Assembly (NCBI GenBank): GCA_964016885.1
Contig: OZ024759.1
Location: forward strand, 34,782,001-34,846,000
Length of the DNA: 64,000 nt
DNA from: Eledone cirrhosa
Taxonomy: Eukaryota
Reading direction: 5' to 3'
Shown here one piece after another: positions 12,677-28,238 of the stretch (its first letter is position 1; each line of letters begins with the position of its first letter). The translations under genes were made by a program, and so were the position numbers. The notes beneath the pieces were generated by a model. That model was not told where the DNA came from. It searched no databases and saw only the letters and a list, made by a program, of their open reading frames with translations.

Positions 12677-12749
12677 TATTTACGTATCGAGAGAGAGAGA
12701 AAAAAAGGGGAGGATAGGTGATACATATAGTTATTTGCCAAGTAGCGTA

Positions 12750-12780
<31 letters not shown>

Positions 12781-13321
12781 GATGGCTCAAAGACTAAAAG
12801 CACTCATAAAATGTTAAAAATAATAGCAATCACAAATATTTCTCTGGTCCATTGACATGGTCCAGACGCTGGACCATGTCAATGGGTCTCAGGTATTTCT
12901 GCATTTCTAAAACATTTCCTTAAAAAAATAAAACCCTGCAAAGATATGTCTCCTAGGCCTCCATCGGTGATAGTAATGCTATAACTGCATTACTGCGCAT
13001 GTCATACCCAATGGTGAGGCATGCCAGATACAAAACCATCATTTAGAATCCATGCTGAGTTCGTAATTTTTTTTTTTTTTTTTTTCAATTCAAAAACAAA
13101 GAATCCGAGGAAAATCGATGCCGACTTTTTTTAAATTCCAATTCTTAAGTTGTATTTTATGTTATTCTTAAGTGAACATTTAACACTCCTACACATCGTG
13201 TGAAGATAGATTACATTCCACGGAGAGGTTTTTATTTATTGTTTTACATCATCAAAACTCTCTCTCTCACTCAGTTAGTTCGTCTCTCTCTTTCTCACGC
13301 TCGCTATCTCTATCTATCTTA

Positions 13322-13439
<118 letters not shown>

Positions 13440-13568
13440 ATTACCTCGTCTGTCTCTTTCCCCTGTCTTCTCTCTCCCTCTTTCTCTCTGTAAATATGTA
13501 TATGTGTGTGTGTGTGTCACAGAGAGAAAGAGACGTGAGTGTTGGTGTACGCAAAAGGAGATGGACTG

Positions 13569-13631
<63 letters not shown>

Positions 13632-14088
13632 CTCACTTTTTCTCTCCCTCCAACACAACTGTGTATCTATCTAATTCATTCACATATTTCTTTTATTTCT
13701 CTCACTACCAGCCCCACCGCCACTACCACCCCCCACCGCCACTACCACCGCCACCGCCACCACCACCTTCACTTTATTATTGTATTATTGGAATTCTCGT
13801 TTCACAGCTTTTATCTTCCAGATTTAAAACAACAGAAATGCATTAGAGGTCACGTGACCACTTCTCGTCTCTTTCGAAACCGTGTTGTCTGCCATGACAG
13901 TTTGATTAGTACTAAAGCTATTTTAGAGGGAAAAAAACATTTCTCATCAAAATCAATTTTATGGATTACGGACATACAAAGACGTACGGAGAAATATGTA
14001 TGTCTATACATGCATATATATATATATATACACATACACATATACATATATATATAGATAGATATACATGTATGTTCGTCTACTTGAA

Positions 14089-14159
<71 letters not shown>

Positions 14160-14244
14160 TGAGAGAGTTAATTGTATATGTATATATATATATATATACA
14201 CATACATATTTATATATACACGTATATATATATGTGTGTACACT

Positions 14245-14331
<87 letters not shown>

Positions 14332-14744
14332 AACTATATATGTGTATGAAAGAGAGGGGTGTAGGAAAGATAGAAAGTGTGTGAGTGTATATCGCTACCT
14401 TGATCTCTATATAACTATATCTATATATAAATACACCGGAGATGTGTATAATTATATTATAGCAGTGTTTCTGTGAAACCTCAATACGCAATGAAACCTG
14501 GTTTCGGTAGCAGTCACATAACTTTGATTAACTCCCCTGTTTGTGTTTTGTCTTCTTTTTTTGTAATTTGTAATCGATACAATAGTTCTTGTGATGTTTT
14601 AGTCTCAGACTCACCTAGATCCAACACGGCCATAGATGTGGGGTAGGGTGGGGTGTGATAGTATGATTATCATTCTATCATTTGGTGTGGTTTGTGAGAT
14701 GAAGCTGCGTGGCTTTGTGGTTAGCGGTGTTGTTGGAATCATGA

Positions 14745-15295
14745 GCTATATTACTAACTAACTTACTCTCCCATTAACTAACTATATTACTAACAAACTG
14801 ACTATTCAATTAACTAACTAACTATATTACTAACTAGCTGACTATTCAATTAATTATATTACTAACTAACTGACTCTCCTATTAACTAACTATATTACTA
14901 ACAAACTGACTATTCAATTAACTAACTAACTATATTACTAACAAACTGACTATTCAATTAATTATATTACTAACAAACTGACTATTCAATTAATTATATT
15001 ACTAACAAACTGACTCTCCCATTAACTAACTATATTACTAACTAGCTGACTATTCAATTAATTATATTACTAACTTACTGACTGTCCCATTAACTAACTA
15101 TATTACTAACAAACTGACTATTCAATTAATTATATTACTAACAAACTGACTATTCAATTAATTATATTACTAACAAACTGACTATTCAATTAATTATATT
15201 ACTAACAAACTGACTATTCAATTAATTATATTACTAACAAACTGACTATTCAATTAATTATATTACGAACTAGCTGACTATTCAATTAAGTATTG
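14745..15295 (+). repeat. Minisatellite, 32-40 bp unit rich in TACTAAC
   Basis: TATATTACTAACAAACTGACTATTCAATTAAT repeated. Confidence 0.9.
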
Positions 15296-15332
15296 AACCA
15301 ACTTACTAACTCGCTTTATATTTCCAACCCAG

Positions 15333-15570
15333 GTTCCAGGTATCAGCAAGCACCGGAGTCATTTTCGTCAGCGATATATTAGACAGGGAATTCAGAGATG
15401 CTTATTACATGACATTAGAAGCAAGAGATGGGGGCGGCTTCCGAACCACTGTACCCTTAACAATCTATGTTGATGACGTCAATGACAACGCTCCAATATT
15501 TCGGAGACAGGAACATGCTGAGATCATCAGAGAAGGGCAGCCATTTTTCTCCCGTTCGTTAGTAGTTGAG
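15333..15570 (+). CDS. Cadherin exon C
   Basis: ccag|[56 protein letters not shown]...SLVVE|gtaagt, phase 2-0. Confidence 0.95.
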
Positions 15571-15600
15571 GTAAGTATCACCGCTACTAGAAAACACTTT

Positions 15601-16529
<929 letters not shown>

Positions 16530-16646
16530 CGAAGGAAATGTGGTAAGGAATCAGGTGGACCATAACGCACCAAAGTACTCAATACTTAGGGTAGAGTGGG
16601 TAATAGGAACTGTGAAAATTGCAAACTTGACTGTCACCACAGAATA

Positions 16647-16685
16647 TGAACCTGAAGATTGCGAAAGCATGAAAGTTCTTGTTCA
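16647..16685 (+). ncRNA. Minimal type I hammerhead ribozyme (candidate)
   Basis: TGAAC-CTGAAGA-T-TGC(GAAA)GCA-T-GAAA-GTTC-TT-GTTCA. Confidence 0.6.
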
Positions 16686-17200
16686 ATTAACACTTAACAT
16701 TTAATATTCTACCATACTATTTCATTCTAATAACATTATAAATTTTAAAGGATTGTAAATAAAACGAGTAAATCAGACAAAGTTGGAATTCCTTTTATTA
16801 ATATAATCTTATATACACAATCATACACACCCGTGTATATTTATCTATCTATATATATATGTATGTGTATTATGACTGTAGTGTATACGCTTATAAATGT
16901 TAGTGGTAAAAACTCGTCATAGAATTTTTTCTAAGATTATCTAGTTAACGTGTTGGGAGGGGGGGTAGTTTGGGGTGGAGGATAGAAGTTGTTATTTTTT
17001 TAATTTCCATTCTAAAATATCAAATTGATAAAGCCGAGATGTTTTCATAACGAAAGATCGAAAGTGTGGAAAATCGCATCAGATAAATCGAAAAACTAAA
17101 TCGAAAAATAATAATAATAATAAATAAAATATCAAACTATATATATATATATATAATTCAATGATATTACATAAATAGAAACTATATTTATAAAACCATA

Positions 17201-17268
17201 TTTATTTTATTATATATATTTCAAGGGTACCAAGACAACATTGGTACGCTTTCATCAGATAAAATAAA
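17201..17268 (-). ncRNA. Type I hammerhead ribozyme
   Basis: Minus strand: TTTATTTTAT-CTGATGA-AAGCGTACCA(loop)TGGTACCCTT-GAAA-TATATA-TA-ATAAAATAAA; perfect 10-bp stem I. Confidence 0.75.
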
Positions 17269-17471
17269 AAGTTTGTTTTATAAATAGAGACGTACACATG
17301 AAAATCATACCTTATCGGTTGGAAATTCACTGGAAATTCACTCCAGACATCTGTTGAGTGCTCTAAATCAGTTATAAACATTTATATTTGTCGGACTTCC
17401 AACAAATTAAATACCCCTTCTACTTATCTATATATATATATATATCATTTTACGAATTAAAAATTTATAAA

Positions 17472-17563
<92 letters not shown>

Positions 17564-17896
17564 TTTAGAAATTTTTAATTCGTAAAATTTCTGGAAATAG
17601 AAATTCAATCAATTTGTTTATTTTTTTTATTTTTAATCTCTTTTTTTATGTTGTAGTTTTCGTTATTTTCGATGTTTTTTTTTTTACTTTTCGGTCCAAT
17701 TTGATATTTTTATTTTTAAAGTGCTCTTTGTTATTATTGATGTTATTGTTGATATTGTTGTTGTTGAATGATGGGGCGTAACTTAAAGTACCAGTTTCAA
17801 CGATCCACCATATTTTAGTCTAAACAACCATATTTCACACTGGAAACGATTCTTTCAAAACTCGTATGACTTCCCACTCTCGCCACAGTCTGGACA

Positions 17897-19030
17897 TCTC
17901 TTCTCTCTCTTCTCTCTCTTTTCTCTCTCTCTTCTCTCTCTCCTCTCTCTCTCTTCTCTCTCTCCTCTCTCTCTCTCTTCTCTCTCTCCTCTCTCTCTCT
18001 TCTCTCTCTCCTCTCTCTCTCTTCCCTCTCTCTCCTCTCTCTCCTCTCTCTCCTCTCTCTCCTCTCTCTCCTCTCTCTCCTCTCTCTCTCCTCTCTCTCC
18101 TCTCTCTCTCTCTCTTCTCCCTCTCTTCTCTCTCTCTTCTTTCTCTCTCTCCTCTCTCTCTTCTCTCTCTCTCTTCTCCCTCTCTTCTCTCTCTCTCTCT
18201 TCTCTCTCTCTTCTCTCTCTCTTCTCTCTCTCTTCTCTCTCTCTTCTCTCTCTCTTCTCTCTCTCTCTCCTCTCTCTTCTCTCTCTCTCTCCTCTCTCTC
18301 TTCTCTCTCTCTCTTCTCTCTCTTCTCTATCTCTTCTCTATCGTCTCTCTTCTCTATCTCTTCTCTATCGTCTCTCTTCTCTATCTCTTCTCTCTTCTCT
18401 CTTCTCTCTTCTCTCTCTCTCTTCTCTCTCTCTTCTCCCTCTCTTCTCTCTCTCTCTCTTCTCTCTCTCTTCTCTCTCTCTTCTCTCTCTCTCTCCTCTC
18501 TCTTCTCTCTCACTCTCCTCTCTCTCTTCTCTCTTCTCTCTCTCTCTTCTCTATCTCTTCTCTATCGTCTCTCTTCTCTATCTCTTCTCTATCGTCTCTC
18601 CTCTCTCTCCTCTCTCTCCTCTCTCTTCTCTCTCTCTCTCTCTCTTCTCCCTTTCTCTCCCCTCTCTCTCCCCTTTCTCTCTCTCTCTCTCCCCCCTCTC
18701 TCTCTCTCTCTCCCCCCTCTCTCTCTCCCCCTCTCTCCTCTCTCTCCCCTCCCTCTCCTCTCTCTCCCCTCTCTTCTCTCTCTCTCTTCTCTCTCTTTTA
18801 TCTCTTTTCCCACTCTCTCATCTCTCTCTTTCTCTCTCCCTCTCTCTCCCCTCTCTCTCCCTCTCTCCCTCTCTCTCTCCTCTCTCTCCTCTCTCTCCCC
18901 TCCCTCTCTCTCCACTCACTCTTCTCTCTCACTCTTCTCACTCTCTCATTCGCTCTCTTCTCTCTCTTTTTTCTCTTTTCCCACTCTCTCCTCTCTCTCT
19001 TTCTCTTCTCTCTCCTCTCTCTCTCTCCCA
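17897..19030 (+). repeat. Long (TC)n polypyrimidine tract
   Basis: About 1.1 kb almost purely C/T. Confidence 0.95.
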
Positions 19031-19199
19031 ACTATCTAGTGGGAAGAGAGAGAGAAGTGAGGGATAAGAGAGAGAGAGAGTGAATAGAGAGAGGGAAGAG
19101 AGAAGTCTACAGTCCAGTCTATCTCTTAACGCCATTATATTCCGGTTGTAGCCATTACAGATATTTTATACAACACAATTCATGTTCCAAACAGTTTTA

Positions 19200-19445
19200 A
19201 CATTTAGAGTGATCTGCCCTTGGCAATTAAAAAAACGTGGGCGCCGCCATTTGCATTTTAGCCATTTAGAGTGATCTGCCCTTGGCAATTAAAAAATCAT
19301 GGGCGCCGCCATTTGCATTTTAGCCATTTAGAGTGATCTGCCCTTGGCAATTAAAAAAAACAAGGGCGCCGCCATTTGCATTTTAGGCATTTAGAGTGAT
19401 CTGCCCTTGGTAATTAAAAAACAATAAGGACGCCGCCATTTGCAA
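19200..19445 (+). repeat. About 62-bp tandem repeat x4 within a segment duplicated at 19805-20052
   Basis: CATTTAGAGTGATCTGCCCTTGGCAATTAAAAAA...GGCGCCGCCATTTGC. Confidence 0.9.
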
Positions 19446-21905
19446 ATTCGGAGAGATTGTTTTCGATATTTATTTACATGAATTCTCTTACAAACTATGA
19501 GATGTTAACTTGGCCTCAGATGATCGTTGAATTAGAGATGATGGCACCAGCTCTTCTCTTCTTTCTCTCTCTCTCTCTCTCTCTCTCTCATCTCTCTTTC
19601 TCCTCTCTCGCTCCCTCTCTCTTTCTCCTCTCTCGCTGCCTCCTCTCTCGCTCCCTCTCTCTTTCTCCTCTCTCTCTCTCGCTCCCTCTCTCTTTCTCCT
19701 CTCTCTCTCTCGCTCCCTCTCTCTTTCTCATTTCTCTCTTCTCTCTATCTCGCCTACTCTCCAGTCCCCCTCCCCACACGCTCACCACTATCTACATATG
19801 ACTCGGTCCAGTCTATATACTAACGCCATTACATTCCGCTTGTAGCCATTACAGTTTTTATAAACAACACGACAATTCATGTTCCGAACAGTTATACATT
19901 TAGAGTGATTTGCCCTTGGCAATTCAAAATAACAAGGTCGGCGCCATTTGCAAACATGGAGAGATTGTTTCCGATATTTATTTACATGGATCCTTTTACA
20001 AACTGAGATGTTAACTTGGCCTCAGATGAATTGAAGATGATGACACCAGCTGTATATTATTATTATTATTATTGCCCCTATATTTGTATATTATTCTATG
20101 TACTATACATGCACCTTTGACGAGTTGTAGTGCACCTGAGCACTTTACACAATAATTTCATTATTATTATTATTATATGTCGACCCTTTTTCATTCAGGT
20201 TTCTACCTTTTATAGATCTTCGAATAGCTACCTATCTCTATCTATCTCAAGCGTGAACCTAATACCTAACACCTTTCGTAACTTACTCCTTGCTGTTGTT
20301 ATTTACTTTTCGAATATATATGTGTGTGTGTATCTCTCTGTGTCTGTCTATCTGTCTATCTACCAACCTATCTATGACTGCCTGTCTATATATTTATGTG
20401 TGTGTGTCTATCTCTCTCTCTATATATATATATATAATCACCTCCATTCTCTCCAACACCATTCCTCACCTCCAATAAAATCTCTCTTGTACCCAATCAA
20501 TCAGATAAATCAATATTTATGTTAAAAGATGAAAGAAACAATAAAATAACCTACAGTTCTCTTTTACCTGACATCTTTCACATATTATATCTCTCTCTCT
20601 CTCTCGTGTATATATATATATATATGCATATTGTATGTATGTATACATATATTTCTGTATGTATGCATATATATATATATGAGTGCGTCTTTCTTTACCT
20701 ATATATATATATACACTTATATTCTTATTATCTATAACTGTAATCTTAAATATCAATCAAACAATGATTTTTGAAGCCAAGAATCCATGTTGTAAGACTT
20801 TGGACTAACAGCGCTTTCAACACACACATACTCTCTCTCTCTCTCTCTCGCAGAGTAAACCTTAAAGCCTAACCCTAGCCATAAACCCTAACTCTAACAC
20901 TAACCCAGACCCAAACCTTCCTACCTAACATTGTTTCATATCTGTTTAGAAGAAAAACCAACTCTTGGTTCTTCAAAACTCCTCCGCCATAAACACCCAC
21001 CCCGTCAAACCATCCCACCCCGTCACCCTGTTCTACTGTTTTCTTGTAAACTAGAAACAATGTTTTTATCTATTAAAGTAGTAATGTTTCCCTGTCTTGC
21101 CATATTTGATCGTGACCGGGATTCTCTCAGCAACTCTCCATCAACGTCTCACTTCACTAAATCTCACAAATTCTATGAACATCCACAAAAACATCAAAAT
21201 CCTTTAAAAAATTTCTTCCAGTTCTCTTTTGTGTTTTTGTTGTTGGTGGTGGTTGTTGTTGTTGTTGTGGTGATGGTGGTGGTGGTGATGTTGATGGTTG
21301 TTGGTGTTGTGGTGGTGGTGGTTGTTGTTGTGGTGGTGATGGTGGTGATGTTGATGGTTGTTGGTGGTGTTGTGGTGGTGGTGGTTGTTGTTGTTGTGGT
21401 GATGGTGGTGGTGGTGATGTTGATGGTTGTTGGTGTGGTGGTGGTGGTGGTTGTTGTTGTTGTTGTTGTGGTGATGGTGGTGGTGGTGATGTTGATGGTT
21501 GTTGGTGGTGGTGGTGGTTGTTGTTGTAGTGGTGATGGTGGTGGTGGTGATGTTGATGGTTGTTGGTGGTGGTGGTTGTGGTGGTGGTGATGTTGATGGT
21601 TGTTGGTGTTGTGGTGGTGGTGATGGTTGTTGTTGTTTGGTGGTGGTGGTGGTGGTGCTATTGTTGTAGTTGTTGTTGTAGTTGTTATATTTATGTATTC
21701 TGTTTATTTCTTATCAGAAGACAGGTAGATGTGTGGAGGGGGGGGGCAGCCTTATCCACCATTGTAGAATTTTGTGTAATCGTGGCAACCATCTTAGATA
21801 AAGACAGTGATGGACAGCGTCTCTCTCTCTCTATCTATCTATCTATCTTTCTCTCTCTCTCGCTCTCTATCTATCTATCTTTCTCTCTCTCTCTTTCACT
21901 TTCTA

Positions 21906-21944
<39 letters not shown>

Positions 21945-22032
21945 CAGCATCTTTTTATCCTCATTGTCATGGAAACCATCATTAATATTAGCAGCATCAA
22001 TACTACATTCTTTGTCACAATCATCATCTGTG

Positions 22033-22067
<35 letters not shown>

Positions 22068-22093
22068 TTATGCAGAGAGAGAAAAACTCTCAC

Positions 22094-22133
<40 letters not shown>

Positions 22134-22214
22134 CTTTATGTATGAATATATATGTGAGTGTTTGTGTGTTTATGTATGTATGTATGTATATATATGTGTG
22201 TGTCTCTGTGTATG

Positions 22215-22247
<33 letters not shown>

Positions 22248-22524
22248 CTTTATGTATGAATATATATGTGAGTGTTTGTGTGTTTATGTATGTATATATA
22301 TGTGTGTGTCTCTGTGTGTGTATGTATATATGTGTGTGTGTGTGTTTGTAACGATGAAACATGCTGCCAGCAAAAACAGAAATAGTCTTAACTATAATAT
22401 ACATCACCTTCATTATGTCTATGTATTTCTTTGATAAACTTTCCATATATCTATCTATCTATCTATCGGTGTGCCTGTCTATCTACCTACATACCTCCCT
22501 ATATCTCTACCTATTTATATATTA

Positions 22525-22569
<45 letters not shown>

Positions 22570-22681
22570 TATCTATCTGACTATATCTATATCTATCTAC
22601 TTATCTGCCTGACATTCTATCTACTTATCTCTCTATCTCTCTGTCTATCTACTTATCTGCTTGAATTTCTCTCTCTCTCTT

Positions 22682-22718
<37 letters not shown>

Positions 22719-22831
22719 AAATGTGGTTGGTGTTAGGAAGAGCATCCAGCCGTAGAAAACCTGCTAGATAGTCCTATACGAGCCCATGCTAGCGTGGAAG
22801 ATAGACGTTAAATGATGCTGATGATTATATA

Positions 22832-22867
<36 letters not shown>

Positions 22868-22871
<4 letters not shown>

Positions 22872-23055
22872 GTTTCTACTTTAGGCACAAGGCCAGCAAT
22901 TACCCAGTGCATTACTGGTACTTTATTTTATCGACCCCGTAAGGATGAAAGGCAAAGTCAACCTCGGCGGGATTTGAACTCAAATCGTAAAGGGACGTAA
23001 CTATGCTGGAAAGCATGGCGTCCGACCCTCTACCGATACTGCCAATCCACCGCCC
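22868..23055 (-). mobile_element. Same SINE family
   Basis: Reverse complement of the 50487 element. Confidence 0.85.
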
Positions 23056-23144
23056 TATATATATATATATAATGTGTGTCTGTCTATCTATTTATCTACT
23101 TATCTGACTTTCTCTCTATCTATCTCTGTATTATTTTCCTGCAG

Positions 23145-23390
23145 GCCAAAGACAATGACAAGATGGGGACAGTGAACAGCAGAGTTAAGTACAAGATAAT
23201 TGATGCTCCAGGAAACTTGACAAATAATTTCACCATTGATGAATTCCGAGGAGAGATTTCATTAAATAATCCTTTGGATTACGAAGGTCTTGATCCTGAC
23301 CTGAACGGCAAGATAATTATTACAGTGATGGCCTATGACATGGGCTCTCCACCCATGAACTCCACTACAAATGTCACTGTGACGGTTGAG
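23145..23390 (+). CDS. Cadherin exon D
   Basis: gcag|AKDNDKMGTVNSRVKY...PLDYEGL...AYDMGSPPMNSTTNVTVTVE|gtcagt, phase 0-0. Confidence 0.95.
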
Positions 23391-23486
23391 GTCAGTTGAA
23401 CCCAAGTTTATTGTTTTTTGTTATTGTTGTTGATGTTAACTTTTCTTCTTTTTTTTTCAATTTATATTCTAACATCAGTAGAAGGC

Positions 23487-23569
<83 letters not shown>

Positions 23570-23691
23570 ATGTGTATATGAATGTATGTTTATATATATA
23601 TATGAATGTATGTATGTGTGTCTGTGTGTGTGTATATGAATGTATGTGTTTATATATATATGAGTGTGTGTATGTGAATATGAATGTATGT

Positions 23692-23740
<49 letters not shown>

Positions 23741-23893
23741 TGTATGTATGTGAGTGTGTGTATATGAATGTATGTGTTTATATATATATATATATATATA
23801 TATGAATGTATGTATGTGTGTGTGTGTATGAATGTATGTGTTTATATATATGTATATATATATGAGTGTGTGTATGTGAATATGAATGTATGT

Positions 23894-23928
<35 letters not shown>

Positions 23929-24242
23929 TGTATGTATGTGAGTGTGTGTATATGAATGTATGTGTTTATATATATGTATATATATATGAGTGTGTGTATG
24001 TGTATATGAATGTATGTGTTTATATATATATATGAATGTATGTATGTGAGTGTGTGTATATGAATGTATGTGTTTATATATATGTATATATATATGAGTG
24101 TGTGTATGTGTATATGAATGTATGTGTTTATATATATATATATATGAGTGTGTGCATGTGTGTGTATATATGTGTGTCTATGTTTTTATATATGTATTTA
24201 CACATATATATACATGTATTTGTGTTTATAAATATGTGTACG

Positions 24243-24273
<31 letters not shown>

Positions 24274-24370
24274 ATTACTATGTTTGATGTGTGTGTGTGT
24301 GTGTGTTACTATGTTTGATGTGTGTGTGTTACTCTGTTTGATGTGTGTGTGTGTGTGTTACTATGTTTGA

Positions 24371-24402
<32 letters not shown>

Positions 24403-24530
24403 AATGTTTGATATATGTGTGTGTGTGTATTACTATGTTTGATGTGTGTGTGTGTGTTACTATGTTTGATGTGTGTGTGTTGTCTGAAGAGGTTTAGCAA
24501 TATAAAGATAAGTGTTTGTTTTGTTCCCAG

Positions 24531-24603
24531 GATGAAAATGATAATATTCCAGTATTTGAGAGGAGAATGTATTTTGCACAAATTGAAGAGAATTCCCACC
24601 CAG
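24531..24603 (+). CDS. Cadherin exon E
   Basis: ccag|DENDNIPVFERRMYFAQIEENSHP(G)|gtaaga, phase 0-1. Confidence 0.93.
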
Positions 24604-25074
24604 GTAAGATAAACCTTTCTACATAACAATATAATTGGTTTTCACCTATTTCAGGTGGGGCAGATAACGTTGATAGAACTCATAATAGCATTGTAGTGGT
24701 AGATTCATCAAGGAAATCCCTTCAGGTGTTTAGTTTTTATAGTAGGGGCCTGTCGCGTAAGGTAACTTTGAAGAATGTGCACATAACAATATATAGATCT
24801 ATATAACTATACATAGACATAGGTAATTATATATATATATCCCGATAGAGTCACACATAACTATATATATATATCTTTATATAGCCATACATTACTATAT
24901 ATATATCCTTATATAGCCTTACATTAATATATATATATATATACCTAAATAGCCTTACATAACTCTATATATATCCTTACGTTACTATATATTTTTTTTA
25001 CAGCCATACATTACTATATATATATAAAGATACATGATTATACATAACTATATGTACCTATATATTACCAAAGT

Positions 25075-26230
25075 TAACCAAACATAACTATAGTTATCTA
25101 TACAAAACCACAGCTAACTAAGAATAACTATTACTAACTATACAAAACCACAGCTAACTAAGAATAACTATTACTAACTATACAAAACCACAGCTAACCA
25201 AACATTACTATAACTAACCATATAAACTATAGCTAACTATACAAAAATACAGCTAACTAAACATAACTATAACTCACTATATATAACCACAGCTAACTAA
25301 ACATTACTATTGCTAACCATGTATAACCACATCTAACCAAACATTACTATTGCTAACCATGTATAACCACAGCTAACTAAACATTACTATTGCTAACCAT
25401 GTATAACCACATCTAACCAAACATTACTATTGCTAACCATGTATAACCACAGGTAACCAAACATTACTATTGCAAACCATGTATAACCACATCTAACCAA
25501 ACATTACTATTGCTAACCATGTATAACCACAGCTAACTAAACATTACTATTGCTAACCATGTATAACCACAGCTAACCAAACATTACTATTGCTAACCAT
25601 GTATAACCACAGCTAACCAAACATTACTATTGCTAACCATGTATAACCACAGCTAACTAAACATTACTATTGCTAACCATGTATAACTGCAGCTAACTAA
25701 ACATTACTATTGCTAACCATGTATAACCACAGCTAACTAAACATTACTATTGCTAACAATGTATAACCACAGCTAACTAAACATTACTATTGCTAACCAT
25801 GTATAACCACAACTAACCAAACATAACTATAACTAACCATATATAACTATAGCTAACTATACAAAACCACATCTAACTAAACATAACTATAACTCACTAT
25901 ACATAACCACAGCTAACCAAACATAACTATAACTAACCATATATAACTATAGCTAACCAAACAAAACACAGCTAACTAAACATAACTATAACTCACTATA
26001 TATAACCACAACTAACCAAACATAACTATAACTAACCATATATAACTATAGCTAACCAAACATAACTATAACTAACCATATATAGCTAACCAAACAAAAC
26101 ACAGCTAACTAAACATAACTATAACTCACTATACATAACCACAACTAACCAAACATAACCACAACTAACCATATATAACTATAGCTAACCATGTATACAT
26201 AACTATTGCTAACGTTATATACATAACTAT
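25075..26230 (+). repeat. 40-bp (dimeric 20-bp) minisatellite
   Basis: ACATTACTATTGCTAACCATGTATAACCACAGCTAACTAA. Confidence 0.92.
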
Positions 26231-26610
26231 TACAGAAAGTGATTGATGTGTTCATTGACAAGCCGTTCGAAGGTAGTTTATTCTTCTAAGCTATTGGCTC
26301 TGTCCACATTCATTCTATTTTGATCGAAAGCTTTTCTCATTTATTATTCATATTCAAAAACGTCAGTTAATAATGGAGGAGTAAAGCGAGGTTTGGCTGG
26401 GGTGTTCAGGGCTGTTTGTATCAGTGTTTAGTTTCAACCAGATCTCGTTACATTCCTCAATTCAAATTGACATTGTTTCCCATCACTTTAGCTCTCTTCT
26501 TCTATTGTAATGTATCTCACTGACCACTGCTCTCATAAGTCATATGTCTTCTCCCCTTTGGTTTGGTGTGACCACAGAGGATTTCTTACATGCACAAACA
26601 CAAACACACA

Positions 26611-26761
<151 letters not shown>

Positions 26762-26993
26762 TCATTGGCTGGGCTAAAAAGCCACATTCGATCGCAGCGC
26801 TGTTAGTTGCTATCGTGTGTGTGTGTGTGTGTATAGATATGTTTGTGTGTGCGTGTGTGTGTATTTATATATGTATATGTATATTATTATTGTTGTTGTC
26901 GTTATTATTATTGTTGTTATTATTATTATTATTATTGTTATTAATGTATATGTGTGTATGTATATATATATATACATGTGTATATATATATAT

Positions 26994-27037
<44 letters not shown>

Positions 27038-27367
27038 TTATTAATTTTTTTTTCTCCTCGTGCAATAGCCATACTCGATAACGAGGGGGCAGCCATCATA
27101 TATATGTGTATATATGTACATATATATATATATACAGGGTGTCTCAAAAGTTACTTTCGTGCACTTATTGCTAAACAAAATAGATTGCAACTATTGAGAT
27201 ACACTATCTATGTATAATCATATATATATATATATATATTGTGTGTGTGTGTGTGTGTGTATGTATATATGTATGTATATACATGTATGTGTATATACAT
27301 ATATATATAATGAAATATAACAAACGAAACAGTTCTAGTTCTGTAGAAGCTTTTCTATATCAAATAC

Positions 27368-27400
<33 letters not shown>

Positions 27401-27499
27401 ATATATATGTATGTATATATATATATATATGTGTGTGATATATATGTATGTATATATATATATATATATATATGTGTGTGATATATATGTATGTATATG

Positions 27500-28103
27500 T
27501 CAGGTCACCAGTTGGTGCTACTGGTAACATGTATCCCAGTACAACCTGTCTCATGGTCGGGTCGTTGGCGACTAAACTGGCAACCCCACCAAGGTTTCTT
27601 GGTGAGGAGGGTGACTTTGGACATCCTGCAGGACTAAAAACAAAACCTGTCAAAGGGCAAGGGAGCTCTTAAGACTCAATAGCCATCCAAAATCACCGGG
27701 AGAGATGACCCCTTAGCCTTTGTCAAGGCAGAATTCTAGGAGAAGGAAAACTCTGATATAACACCTGCAACCCTGATGGTATCCAATGATGTTGACTTGT
27801 TCTTCTTTTTGGTAAATATCATCTTGGTTAAGAGAGTGGGACTGGCTTTGTGCAGTGCCTTTGCTCACTATAAAAGCTTCACAGCACAGGCATTGCTTTA
27901 TATCTGGAGATCTCTCTGCACTTGTCATCACATGGTCAATATGATGCACTATGTGTCAATAATGGTCACAAGTGTAGTCTTTGTACCAGAGTTTTCAAGT
28001 CGCTGGCTGGACTAAAAAGTCACATTCGTTCAGCGCATCGGTAGGGGTTCTCCTACATGGATATAAAGCGGTGGCCGTACTCGAAAACGAGTTGGCAGCC
28101 ACC
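27500..28103 (+). mobile_element. Internally deleted RTE-type LINE
   Basis: 5' part has AGGAGAAGGAAAACTCTGA (recalled RTE 5' UTR motif); 3' part encodes C-terminal C2H2 finger [25 protein letters not shown] (27967-28044); related 3' bits at 26759-26806 and 27066-27097. Confidence 0.6.
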
Positions 28104-28138
<35 letters not shown>

Positions 28139-28184
28139 ATATGTATGTATGTATATATATATATATATATGTGTGTGTGTGATA

Positions 28185-28238
<54 letters not shown>

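Noticed and set aside
20856-20930. Telomere-like CCCTAA repeats
   Set aside because: Short and highly degenerate
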